From: Gemmatimonadales bacterium
GTDB taxonomy: Bacteria > Gemmatimonadota > Gemmatimonadetes > Gemmatimonadales > GWC2-71-9
Length of the DNA: 32,546 nucleotides
Direction: 5' to 3'
Assembly (NCBI GenBank): GCA_031388885.1
Contig: JANMSC010000237.1
Span: 1 to 32,546 of the forward strand
Positions 17,253 through 26,464 of the stretch are shown here, in pieces. Each line of letters starts with the position of its first letter. Position 1 is the first letter of the stretch. Position numbers and translations under genes: made by a program. The notes under the pieces are model-generated. The model ran no database searches. It saw only the letters and a program-made list of their open reading frames with translations, and was not told where the DNA came from.

Positions 17253-17465
17253 TTAGCGGCCGAGCTTGACGACGTTCTCTGCCGCCGGGCCCTTCTGGCC
17301 CTGCACGATGTCGAACTCCACCCGCTCGCCCTCGGCGAGGCTCTTGAAGCCCTGCGCCTGGATCGCCGAATGATGGACGAAACAATCCTTTTCGCCATTC
17401 TCGGGGGTGATGAAGCCGAAGCCCTTCGCGTCGTTGAACCACTTCACAGTGCCGGTCGTACGCAT
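17253..17465 (-). CDS. cspA: Cold-shock protein (CspA family)
   Basis: [15 protein letters not shown] (RNP1), DCFVHHSAI (RNP2) and GFKSLAEG; AAGGAG RBS. Confidence 0.97.
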   Translation of the reverse strand: MRTTGTVKWFNDAKGFGFITPENGEKDCFVHHSAIQAQGFKSLAEGERVEFDIVQGQKGPAAENVVKLGR

Positions 17466-17828
17466 GCTGTCCTACTCCTTGATGGTGTAATCGGAGTCCG
17501 GACGATGCCGTGCTGACCGACTACATATGCTCGTGAAATTGCCCCTCACGCTGGGGTGGCTTCCAGCCCCTGACGGCATTTGCCGCCCTGAACCGTTGCG
17601 ATGGGGCGCGAAAAAGGGACCGACGTGAACGCCGATCCCTTGAAAGCGTTCCTGAAACCAATCCGACCCCTCACGGGGTTGGTGATCGCAAACCCAAAGG
17701 TGCTACACTGAAGCAGAACGCGCAATAGGGCAGGGAGTTCCCGGCCCACGGCTGGTTGGTCTCGGATTGCCTCCCAACCGGCCGGAACCGACCTATTCTT
17801 CGGGGAATCCCCGTATTGGAGGCGCTCC

Positions 17829-18173
17829 GTGCCGGTGACCCCGGGGTTCCGCGACTACGTTCTCGAACAGTTCGGTCGGATCGTGCCGAGCCCTCGGGCC
17901 CGGCCAATGTTCGGCGGCGTCAGCATCAACGGCCCCGAGGGCACCTTCGCGCTGATCGACAACGACGTGGTGTACCTCAAGGGCGACAAGCGATCTCGCG
18001 AACGCTACGAAGCCGCCGGATGGGCTCCGTTCAGGCCGTTCGGCGATGGCGGGTCGACCATGGCCTACTTCGAAGCCCCAACCGAACTGCTCGAGGATAC
18101 CGACGCGCTGGGTCCGTGGGTCGAGCTGGCCCGCGATGCCGCTGCCCGGGTCAAGCGGCCGAAGCGGGGCTGA
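17829..18173 (+). CDS. TfoX/Sxy N-terminal-domain protein
   Basis: RPMFGG, FALI....YLK.D, PF.P....M.Y; GGAGG RBS. Confidence 0.85.
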   Translation: MPVTPGFRDYVLEQFGRIVPSPRARPMFGGVSINGPEGTFALIDNDVVYLKGDKRSRERYEAAGWAPFRPFGDGGSTMAYFEAPTELLEDTDALGPWVELARDAAARVKRPKRG

Positions 18174-18186
18174 CATGGAGGATCGC

Positions 18187-19098
18187 ATGCGCCTCGACGG
18201 CATTCACCACATTTCGTGCATCACGGGCAATGCCCGCCAGAACCTCGACTTCTACACCCGGGTGCTGGGGCTCCGCCTCGTCGCGAAGACGGTGAACCAG
18301 GACGATCCATACGTCTATCACCTCTTCTACGCTGACGAACACGGCTCGCCGGGTTCCGATCTCACGTTTTTCGAGTATCCGGGCGCGATCCCTGGCCGAG
18401 CCGGTGCTGGCATGGTGCACCGCATCGTGTTTCGCGTGGCGTCAGATGGTGCACTCGACTTCTGGGAACGGCGGCTCGCCGCCGAGGCAGTCGCTTTCAC
18501 CCGGCACGATCGGTCACTGATGTTTGCTGATCCGGAGGGCCTCGGGCTCGAACTGGTCGCCCGGGACACGCCCGATCGCACGCTGACGGCGGATCATTCC
18601 GAGATTCCGCGCGAGATGGCCCTCACTGGGTTCGATAGCGTGCGGGCCTATGGCCGTCGCGATGGCACACGGCGCTTGCTCGAAGAGGTCTTGGGGGCAA
18701 TCGCGCTGGGTGATTGGACGTGGGAGATTCGCGGCGAATCACGTGGCAGTACGATCGAGTATGACCCCGCGCCAGACGCCTCGGCGCGTCCCAGCGCCGG
18801 CACGGTTCATCACGTCGCGTGGGCCACGGAGTTCGACGAGCACGAGGCGTGGCTCACGCGCCTGCGAACGGCTGGTGTGCACTCGACCCCGATCATCGAG
18901 CGTCACTACTTTCGCTCGATCTATTTTCGCGAACCAGGTGGCGTGCTGTTCGAGCTCGCAACGAAGGGGCCCGGGTTTACGATCGATTCACCGCTGGAGG
19001 AACTCGGGACGCGATTGATCCTGCCGCCAGCGCTTGAACCCCGGCGTGCAGAGATCGAAGCCCGGCTCACCCCGCTGCCGAACGTTTCACGTCGCTGA
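18187..19098 (+). CDS. Ring-cleaving dioxygenase / VOC family (MhqO-like)
   Basis: GIHHI, LGLRLV.KTVNQDDP..YHLFY, GTVHHVAW and RHYFRSIYFREPGGVLFELAT; GGAGG before ATG 18187. Confidence 0.92.
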   Translation: MRLDGIHHISCITGNARQNLDFYTRVLGLRLVAKTVNQDDPYVYHLFYADEHGSPGSDLTFFEYPGAIPGRAGAGMVHRIVFRVASDGALDFWERRLAAEAVAFTRHDRSLMFADPEGLGLELVARDTPDRTLTADHSEIPREMALTGFDSVRAYGRRDGTRRLLEEVLGAIALGDWTWEIRGESRGSTIEYDPAPDASARPSAGTVHHVAWATEFDEHEAWLTRLRTAGVHSTPIIERHYFRSIYFREPGGVLFELATKGPGFTIDSPLEELGTRLILPPALEPRRAEIEARLTPLPNVSRR

Positions 19099-19137
19099 CA
19101 CCCGAACAACTCAACTCGTTCGATCACTGGAGCCGCT

Positions 19138-19707
19138 GTGCCCGACACACTTGAACTCGTCATGATCTCCGGTTCACTGCGTACCGGTTCGTACAACACG
19201 GCGCTCCTCACGAACCTTCCCGACCTCGCGCCTGCGGGCCTGCGCTTTCGTCGCCTCGACATCACGCCGTTGCCGGTGTACAACGGAGACCTCGAAGTCA
19301 ACGGACTTCCCGAGACGGTGACTTTGTTGCAGCGCGAAATCCGCGCTTCGGACGGGTTGATCATCGCGACGCCCGAGTACAACCACGGCGTGCCTGGCAG
19401 CCTCAAGAACGCGATCGATTGGCTCTCTCGTGGCGCGCCGCCACACGGACTCTTCGGCGTCCCGTCGGCGATCCTCGGTGCGTCGGACGGGATGGTCGGC
19501 ACGGCGCGCGCGCAGCCGCATCTGCGACCCACACTCGCGACACTCAACTCGCCAACGATGCCGTTTCCACAGGTTCTGGTGAGTCACGCGCATCGCAAGA
19601 TCGACGCCGATGGGCGGCTCACCGATGAGCCGACACGTGAGTTCATCCGTGGCTGGCTGGTACAGGTCGAAATCTGGATGCGCCGCTTTCCGAAGTCTGG
19701 GCGATGA
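19138..19707 (+). CDS. NAD(P)H-dependent FMN reductase (ChrR-like)
   Basis: GSLRTGSYN, TPEYNHGVPGSLKNAIDWLSR and GTARAQ.HLR. Confidence 0.93.
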   Translation: MPDTLELVMISGSLRTGSYNTALLTNLPDLAPAGLRFRRLDITPLPVYNGDLEVNGLPETVTLLQREIRASDGLIIATPEYNHGVPGSLKNAIDWLSRGAPPHGLFGVPSAILGASDGMVGTARAQPHLRPTLATLNSPTMPFPQVLVSHAHRKIDADGRLTDEPTREFIRGWLVQVEIWMRRFPKSGR

Positions 19708-20093
19708 CGCACGTTCCGTCGGAACCCTTCACGCGCGCATCGATATTCCTCGGGCCGCTGATCGAGGCCTACGGGTTCCGGCTCGTGTCACGCGATTACG
19801 CCGAGGGCAGCGAGGCCGACGCGTCGGCGGAGTACGCGCTTGGCGACATCCGGCTGCGATTGGTGTGGGAGGGAACAGCGCGCACGTTCTGGATCGAGTC
19901 AGGGCGTCAGTCGGGTGGCTCGATGATTTCGCGCTGGACCGACATCGAATGGTCGGTCACGGGGCAGCGGTTGCCCGTCGACAACGACCTCAGCGATGCC
20001 CGCCTCGAACGCATCGCGAGCGCCCTGGCGGCATTCCTCAATCCCGTTGCCGCATCAGCGGCCCAATCCGACAGCACCGGTGACCCAGGATGA
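19704..20093 (+). CDS. Hypothetical protein
   Basis: ATGA overlaps at both ends and protein-like composition; no motif recognised. Confidence 0.65.
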   Translation: MTHVPSEPFTRASIFLGPLIEAYGFRLVSRDYAEGSEADASAEYALGDIRLRLVWEGTARTFWIESGRQSGGSMISRWTDIEWSVTGQRLPVDNDLSDARLERIASALAAFLNPVAASAAQSDSTGDPG

Positions 20094-20950
20094 TCCCGGC
20101 GCTGCAGTTTGTTGCGGTCGTGATGGTCGTACTGCCACTCTCGAGTCAGGCGGTGAACCCGCCCCGCTTCGATCGGGTGACCGCGACGATCGATTCAGCG
20201 ACGTATGCGCACATCGCGGCCTCGGCATTCGTGACCGCCCAGCTCGGCGCTGTCGAGTCGATGATGATCATGCCCGATGGTGCGCGCCGCGTGGGGATCG
20301 TGCTCCACGGTGCTGCGACCAGCGTGGCGTTCGCACCGCCCGGCGGTGGGTTGCGGGGTGGTGCGGTCACGTTGGCGCTGGCATCGGAACGGCGCGGCGG
20401 ACTCGATGCCTTGATCGACCGGGCCCGCTCCCGGCGCATCGCGTTCGACACAATGACGCTTCAGATCACCAGCGCCGGTCAGGACGTGGCGCGGCGCCGT
20501 ATCTGGCGCGTGGCCAACGCAGAGAGCGTCCCGCCGAACGCGTTGCTGGTGGTGGGGGAACCGCACCCTGCGTTCATCGTGATGCTCGGCATCCGCGATT
20601 CACTCGCGTCCGACGACTTGAGCCGAGCGCGATTGCAGCGCGGATCGTACGATCCGTCGCGACTGCTCGCTGACGTAACCGGCGTTACGCTGGCGCTCAG
20701 CGAAAGCGACATCGTGCTCTTCCGGCGCGCCCTCGAAGCGACAGGCGCCACAATAGAGGGCGAGGGGATGTGGGTCGTGGTGCGACTCGACGGGTTCACG
20801 CTGCGTCTTGTGCCGGCGTACGAACGCGCGGGCATCAGGCGTCTCGACGTAGCGCTGACCCGACAGGTTCCGGGCAACCCGACCTATCGCTTCGGGTCGC
20901 GGTCGAAGCTCCGGTTTGGCCCTGGCGCCGTGGCGAGTTGGGAATTCTGA
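20090..20950 (+). CDS. Secreted protein, possibly divergent DUF5829 family
   Basis: Signal peptide; IDSATYAHI near the N-terminus and GSRSKLRFGPGAVASWEF at the C-terminus resemble DUF5829 as I recall it (not verified). Confidence 0.55.
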   Translation: MIPALQFVAVVMVVLPLSSQAVNPPRFDRVTATIDSATYAHIAASAFVTAQLGAVESMMIMPDGARRVGIVLHGAATSVAFAPPGGGLRGGAVTLALASERRGGLDALIDRARSRRIAFDTMTLQITSAGQDVARRRIWRVANAESVPPNALLVVGEPHPAFIVMLGIRDSLASDDLSRARLQRGSYDPSRLLADVTGVTLALSESDIVLFRRALEATGATIEGEGMWVVVRLDGFTLRLVPAYERAGIRRLDVALTRQVPGNPTYRFGSRSKLRFGPGAVASWEF

Positions 20951-21018
20951 GCGCGGCGTCGCCGGTTGACGGACGCCATCGTTCGCATGCTACAGGCAGT
21001 GTCGCATGACGAGTCGCG

Positions 21019-22557
21019 TCAGCCGTGATGCGCAAGTGCGAGCAGCGCCTGTTGCGTTGGTGCCCGGCCGAGCAGATCGAGCGCCGCCTGCACCGAACGA
21101 TCCACTGGCACCTGGCGGCGGAAGGCCTCCGCGTCGCCCAGCGCGAGCCCTGCGATCTGCGCTTCGAGCAGGCGGTCGATGATCGGGCTTGCGGCATCGA
21201 ACATCTCGCGCGTTACGGGCAGGCCGAGGCGCTGAACTCGCTCGAACACGGAGTCGCGCCACACAGGCTGGATCGTGAATCCGCTCTGGACAGTTGGCCG
21301 TAACGATCTCGCAACTTCATACACGGCATCGTGCAATTCGACCGCGCGATTGCCGATGGCGCGCGCAAGTTCACGTTCGGGTGCGAGCACGGAATCGGTC
21401 GCGACCGTCACCTCGGGTGTCACACCGCCCCCGCCGAGGACCGCCCGGCCGGCGCTCGAGCGAAAGATCGGACGCCTGCCGACGCTGTCGGACTCGACAA
21501 ATCGTTCGTCGCCCAGGCCAGCATGATCTGCCTGGATCGATCGTCCGCTTGGCGTGTACCACTTGCCGGTGGTGAGGCTCAGCGCCCAACCGTTCGACAA
21601 CACCCGTTGCGTCTGCACCAACCCTTTGCCGAATGTACGTGAACCGACGACGATCGCCCGATCGTGATCCTGCAGGCTGCCCGCAACGATTTCGGAGGCC
21701 GATGCCGATCCCCCGTTCACCAGCACGACGATCGGTGCGTCGCCGATCTCAGCAACCTCTCCGACCTTGTACACCAGCGGCTTCTGGCCGCGATGAATGA
21801 CGCGGGCCACTTCGTCGCCGCCCTTGAGAAAGAGTCCTGCCATATCGACCGCAGCGTCGAGGTCGCCACCACCGTTGCCGCGCAGGTCGAGGACAAACTT
21901 GCGCGCACCAGCGTCGGCGAGCTTACGCACGGCTGCCGCGACATCTTCGGCGGCGGTACTATTGAACCGCTGGATCGGCACGTATCCGACCGCGTCACCA
22001 AGCATCAGCGTATAGGGGACCGCTGGCACGCGAATCACGTCGCGGACAATGCGCGTGTTGCGAGGCGCGACCTCGCCAGCCGGGACGTATGTTACGTTCA
22101 CTGGTGTTCCCGCGGTGCCAAGCAGGTGCGACGTGACCGAGTCCACCGGCATTCCGGAGATTTTCAGGCTGTCAATGAGCATCAGGCGGTCGCCGCCTCG
22201 CAGGCCGGCGCGCCATGCTGGCGTGCCTTCGTTGACGCGATACAGCGTGACGCGGTCACCCTGGCTTCGTACGGTGGCGCCGATGCCGCCGTAGCGATTG
22301 CCGAGCGTATTGCGCTGGAAGCGGGCGAGGTCCTCGGGCGAGAGCAACGCCGCGTACGGATCGCCAAGTTGCGTGACCAGGCCGCGCGCCGCTTTTTCGA
22401 AGATGACGTCAGGCCCCAAGGAGTCGAGCGCGGTACGCGACACGAGGTCGAGCACCTGCGAAAAGAGATTCGCGGGATTCTGACGAGTGCTGACAGTCTG
22501 GGCCGGGAGGGCGTCTGCACCAGACAGCAGGAGAACGATCAGCAGCGTTCGATGCAC
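21019..22557 (-). CDS. ctpA: S41 C-terminal processing peptidase with PDZ domain
   Basis: GGIG PDZ loop, LDLRGNGGG, SASASEI (catalytic Ser), TFGKGLVQ (catalytic Lys) and YTPSGRSIQ; signal peptide. Confidence 0.93.
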   Translation of the reverse strand: MHRTLLIVLLLSGADALPAQTVSTRQNPANLFSQVLDLVSRTALDSLGPDVIFEKAARGLVTQLGDPYAALLSPEDLARFQRNTLGNRYGGIGATVRSQGDRVTLYRVNEGTPAWRAGLRGGDRLMLIDSLKISGMPVDSVTSHLLGTAGTPVNVTYVPAGEVAPRNTRIVRDVIRVPAVPYTLMLGDAVGYVPIQRFNSTAAEDVAAAVRKLADAGARKFVLDLRGNGGGDLDAAVDMAGLFLKGGDEVARVIHRGQKPLVYKVGEVAEIGDAPIVVLVNGGSASASEIVAGSLQDHDRAIVVGSRTFGKGLVQTQRVLSNGWALSLTTGKWYTPSGRSIQADHAGLGDERFVESDSVGRRPIFRSSAGRAVLGGGGVTPEVTVATDSVLAPERELARAIGNRAVELHDAVYEVARSLRPTVQSGFTIQPVWRDSVFERVQRLGLPVTREMFDAASPIIDRLLEAQIAGLALGDAEAFRRQVPVDRSVQAALDLLGRAPTQQALLALAHHG

Positions 22558-22682
22558 GATGCCATTCCGAGATCAAGAGGTGACAGCAAAACGGTGTCGG
22601 CGGCTCGGGCGTTCCATCGTCCTGCTGTGGAACTCCGGCGGCCGCCCGAATCGTTGGACGATACCCACATGCGGAGCAGAAT

Positions 22683-23249
22683 GTGACGAATCAATTGCGG
22701 CAGGCAACCTTCGGCGGCGGCTGCTTCTGGTGCCTCGAGGCGGTGTTCGAGGACCTTGCGGGCGTGGAGCGTGTCGTCTCGGGGTATGCCGGGGGCCAAC
22801 GTCCCAGCCCGTCATACGAGCAGGTGTGCTCTGGTGCCACCGGGCACGCTGAGGTGATCCAGGTCACCTTCGACCCGGCCGTGATCGCGTATCGGGATCT
22901 GCTCACGCTGTTTTTTGCGTTTCACGACCCGACCACGCTGAATCGTCAGGGCCCCGATTCCGGCACCCAGTATCGATCGATCATCCTGACGCACGACGCG
23001 GCCCAGGACACCGCCGCTCGGAGCGTCATCGCGCTGCTCGACGCCGACGAAACCTTCGGCGCACCGATCGTGACGCAGGTAGAGGCCCTGGCCGAGTTCT
23101 GGCCCGCTGAGGCCTATCATCAGGGCTACTACCGGCAGAACCCTGATCGGGGCTACTGTGCGGCGATGATCACGCCGAAGGTGACCAAACTCCGGGCGCA
23201 GTACCGCAACCTGCTCCGACGCGATGGGGCAGGAACCCCAGCCCCGTGA
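22683..23249 (+). CDS. msrA: Peptide-methionine (S)-S-oxide reductase
   Basis: GGGCFWCLE, TGHAEV, HDPTTLNRQG.D.GTQYRS and AE.YHQ.YY. Confidence 0.97.
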   Translation: MTNQLRQATFGGGCFWCLEAVFEDLAGVERVVSGYAGGQRPSPSYEQVCSGATGHAEVIQVTFDPAVIAYRDLLTLFFAFHDPTTLNRQGPDSGTQYRSIILTHDAAQDTAARSVIALLDADETFGAPIVTQVEALAEFWPAEAYHQGYYRQNPDRGYCAAMITPKVTKLRAQYRNLLRRDGAGTPAP

Positions 23250-23322
23250 GCCGAGGCCCCGACCGGGCGGTCGTCCAGTGAAGGGTGCCCTGGTGAGCGC
23301 CGCCGCGACTCAGGGAGGCAGC

Positions 23323-24024
23323 GTGGCGCAAAAGACCATCGGCGCGAAGGCCGTCGAATGGATCAAGGCCGGCGCATGGGCGCTGTGCATCTGGCTGCTG
23401 CTCAGCACGTTCGCCGTGCAGGCCTACTTCATCCCGTCGCCCAGCATGGAACCCACGCTCATGGTGGGCGACGTGCTGTTCGTCAACAAGTTCCTCTACG
23501 GCGCAAAAATTCCATTGATCGATGGCCACACGCCGGCCGTGCGCGAGCCGCGTCGCGGCGATATCGTGGTGTTCATGTCGCCAGTCGAAGATTCGATCCT
23601 GGTCAAGCGGCTCATCGGCGTGGCGGGCGACACGGTGGCCATGCGCGCCGGGGTCCTGTTTCGCAACTCCGAGCGCCTGGTTGAGCCGCATGCGCAGTCG
23701 CTCGAGCCCGAGTGGCAACTCGACTCCACCACTCGGATGGCGATGCGCGCGATGCAGTTGCCGCATTACGTCGGCATCGCGCCGGCGTCGTATCTCCCAG
23801 ACGTGCATGAGTGGGGTCCACTCGTCGTGCCGACGGATTCGCTCTGGATGATGGGCGACAACCGTGACCATTCGCGCGACTCCCGATTCTGGGGACTGGT
23901 GCCACGGAAAAACGTTCGGGGGACGCCGATCCTGATCTACTACTCGTACGACGCGGCGAGTTACCGCCCGCTCCCGTTCATCTCGGCGATTCGCTGGAAT
24001 CGCCTCCTTTCAGCGCCGAGGTAG
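23323..24024 (+). CDS. lepB: Signal peptidase I (start GTG 23323 or 23278)
   Basis: IPSPSMEPTL..GD, VKRLIG..GD and GDNRDHSRDSRFWG; GGAGG at 23314-23318. Confidence 0.95.
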   Translation: MAQKTIGAKAVEWIKAGAWALCIWLLLSTFAVQAYFIPSPSMEPTLMVGDVLFVNKFLYGAKIPLIDGHTPAVREPRRGDIVVFMSPVEDSILVKRLIGVAGDTVAMRAGVLFRNSERLVEPHAQSLEPEWQLDSTTRMAMRAMQLPHYVGIAPASYLPDVHEWGPLVVPTDSLWMMGDNRDHSRDSRFWGLVPRKNVRGTPILIYYSYDAASYRPLPFISAIRWNRLLSAPR

Positions 24025-24052
24025 CGTGTCTGCCGGCCGGACTCCGGCGTCT

Positions 24053-24096
24053 TGATGCTTGACACCGCAGAGCGTCGTCTGTGGCATCAAGCATCA
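24053..24096. promoter_or_regulatory. Long intergenic hairpin / inverted repeat
   Basis: TGATGCTTGA-CA-CCGCAGA-GCGTCG-TCTGTGG-CA-TCAAGCATCA. Confidence 0.6.
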
Positions 24097-24115
24097 CCTT
24101 GCCGAGGGAACAGCC

Positions 24116-24625
24116 ATGTCCGATGACAAGCTCGCTGCCGAAGAGGCGCGTCGCGCCATGCAGCATCAGGCAGTGAAATCCGACATCGAGCGAGATGTGC
24201 ACGCCGATATCGCCGCCCGCACGCCGCGGCCGGACCGTCAGGAGGTCCGCGAAGTTGCGCGCGACCTGCAGCGTGACGCGGTGCACGAGGTTGCCCAGAC
24301 CGAGCGCGAGCTTGGCCGGGCACGAGGCGCCGCGCGTTCATCGCAGGTGATCGATTACATCTTCTTCCTGGTTTACGCGCTGCTGGCACTCAGGCTCGCG
24401 CTCAACCTGATGGCCGCGCGCTCGTCGGCGCCGTTCGTGTCGTTTGTCGACGCGGTGACCGATCCACTGATGTATCCCTTTACGGGCATCGTGCCGAGCC
24501 CGTCAGCTGATGGCGGTTACACACTCGCACTGCCGATCGTCATCGCGTTGATCGTTTACGCAATTTTGCACATGGCGATCAATCGCATTCTTCGGATGAT
24601 GGCGCATCGAAAGACTGAAGTCTGA
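24116..24625 (+). CDS. YggT-family membrane protein with charged N-terminal extension
   Basis: LL.LR..L.L..A....FV.FV..VTDPL..PF.GI pattern. Confidence 0.8.
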   Translation: MSDDKLAAEEARRAMQHQAVKSDIERDVHADIAARTPRPDRQEVREVARDLQRDAVHEVAQTERELGRARGAARSSQVIDYIFFLVYALLALRLALNLMAARSSAPFVSFVDAVTDPLMYPFTGIVPSPSADGGYTLALPIVIALIVYAILHMAINRILRMMAHRKTEV

Positions 24626-24648
24626 ACAACCATTGACGGGAGGCCGAC

Positions 24649-25470
24649 ATGCGCTGGATTCCCGGTGGTCGATCACGGAATCTCGAAGATCGTCGCGGTG
24701 GCGGGGGGATGGGGCTTCCCGGTGGTATCGGCGGGATGGGGATCGGCGGCATCGTGCTGGTTGTCGCTTTCGCCCTCATCACCAAGCAGAATCCGCTCGC
24801 GCTGTTGGGCGCGATGAGTGGTGATGGGAGCGCCGCTGTTGCCACCGAGCCAATCGAAGATCCGGCAGAGGAGCCGCAAGTTCGGTTTGTGTCGATGGTG
24901 CTCGACAGCGCGCAGGCGATGTGGCATGGGAAGGTCGAAGGGTACCGCGACGCGAAGCTCGTCCTGTTCCGTGATCGGGTTCAATCGGCGTGTGGCTTCG
25001 CGCAGGCTGCGTCGGGTCCGTTCTATTGTCCCGGCGACGAGAAGGTGTACATCGATCTTGGTTTCTATGCGGAGTTGAAGGAACGATTCGGTGCGCCCGG
25101 CGATTTTGCCGAGGCCTACGTGCTCGCGCATGAGATTGGGCACCACGTGCAGAAGGTGCTGGGAACGATGGACCAGGTGGCCGCTCAGGGGCGTAACAAC
25201 GCCCAGTCGGTGAAACTCGAGCTGCAGGCAGATTGCTACGCCGGGGTATGGGCGCATTCCGCGGCGCAGGCTGGAATGCTCGAAGCCGGTGACCTCGAAG
25301 AGGGGCTTGGTGCGGCGTCGGCAGTCGGCGACGACCGGCTGCAGCGCGCGACGGAGGGCACCGTGAACCCCGAATCGTGGACACACGGCTCGTCGGCGCA
25401 GCGAATGGAATGGTTCAGGCGCGGGGCCGAGAGCGGCAACCCGGCCGCCTGTGACACGTTCTCGCGGTAG
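24649..25470 (+). CDS. ypfJ: Neutral zinc metallopeptidase (YpfJ family)
   Basis: SRNLEDRRG, GPFYCPGD.KVYIDL.F, AHEIGHHVQ, ELQADCYAG and THGSS.QR..WF. Confidence 0.92.
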   Translation: MRWIPGGRSRNLEDRRGGGGMGLPGGIGGMGIGGIVLVVAFALITKQNPLALLGAMSGDGSAAVATEPIEDPAEEPQVRFVSMVLDSAQAMWHGKVEGYRDAKLVLFRDRVQSACGFAQAASGPFYCPGDEKVYIDLGFYAELKERFGAPGDFAEAYVLAHEIGHHVQKVLGTMDQVAAQGRNNAQSVKLELQADCYAGVWAHSAAQAGMLEAGDLEEGLGAASAVGDDRLQRATEGTVNPESWTHGSSAQRMEWFRRGAESGNPAACDTFSR

Positions 25471-25608
25471 GTCGGGTCACCGGTAGCGGGGCTCGTGCTC
25501 GCGGGTTTCGGCCTCGCGGCGTATGTTCGGGCTGGCCGTTGCACGAGCTGCGGTCGGTCCCCCCGGTCCCCCCTGCTGCCGCTGTTCCGCCTCCCGACGG
25601 AGTTCTTC

Positions 25609-26019
25609 ATGTCGCCTGTCGTCCGCCGCATCGTCGCCGTCCTGGTGGCATTCCTCGCCGCTGCCGTCTTCGTCATGCTGGGTGACTGGCTCTCCCACAA
25701 GTTTTTTCCAACGCCCGGGATCGATTCGACCGACATGGTGCAGGTCGAAGGGGCGACGCGTGCCGGTCTGGTCCCCCTCAAGGCGCTGATCGTCATGGCT
25801 GCGGGGTGGGTAGTCGGCGCGTTCGTCGGGGGGACGGTTGCTCTGAAGATCGGCCGCGAAGGTGGTCGTGGCGCCACGATGATCTTTGCGGCGCTCTTCA
25901 CGATCGCTACGATCGCCAACCTTGTGATGATTCCGCATCCGGCGTGGATGTGGTTTGTCGGGGTCGTTGCGGTCCCACTCGCTGCGATCGTCGCCGGGCG
26001 CGATCGCTCGGCGGGCTGA
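25609..26019 (+). CDS. Four-TM hypothetical membrane protein
   Basis: Hydrophobic helices with an N..MIPHP.W motif; GGAG upstream. Confidence 0.7.
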   Translation: MSPVVRRIVAVLVAFLAAAVFVMLGDWLSHKFFPTPGIDSTDMVQVEGATRAGLVPLKALIVMAAGWVVGAFVGGTVALKIGREGGRGATMIFAALFTIATIANLVMIPHPAWMWFVGVVAVPLAAIVAGRDRSAG

Positions 26020-26089
26020 TCGCCCCTCGTTTTTCGCGCAGTCGGGATGCATCTTCCAGTTATCTCGAACCGCGGCCCGTCTCCTGCTC

Positions 26090-26428
26090 ATGCGTCACCT
26101 TCGCGTTGTCATGCTGGCTTGGCTGGTGACCGGCTTCGGCGCAGTCGGCGGCTCGATCGTCGGAAATGCGTTCGGTCGCCGAGGCCTGTTCATTGGAGCG
26201 ACCATCGGGGGTACGCTCGCACTCCTGCTGGCGATTCAGGGGCTGACCAGCCTCCGGTGGCTCGACGGCGACCGGCGGCGAGGTGGTACGATCGGTGGCC
26301 TGGTGGGGTTTGCCCTGGCGTCGCCACTCGCGGTGATGAACCTGCACACACCAGTGATCCCGATTGTGGTCACGTCGCTCGTCGGGTTCGGGGTCGTGCT
26401 CGGTGCTGGTCGCGGGGCGGTGCGATGA
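26090..26428 (+). CDS. Gly-rich hypothetical membrane protein
   Basis: GxxxG-rich TM helices. Confidence 0.65.
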   Translation: MRHLRVVMLAWLVTGFGAVGGSIVGNAFGRRGLFIGATIGGTLALLLAIQGLTSLRWLDGDRRRGGTIGGLVGFALASPLAVMNLHTPVIPIVVTSLVGFGVVLGAGRGAVR

Positions 26429-26464
26429 GCTGGCGGTGCCATCCCTGACCGTCCCTGCAGCGCA

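Noticed and set aside
16089-17547. 12-bp match GAGGGGCAATTT between the tRNA-Gln 3' end and 17536-17547 as an att site
   Set aside because: It is in inverted orientation, and 12-bp matches are expected by chance in 32 kb.
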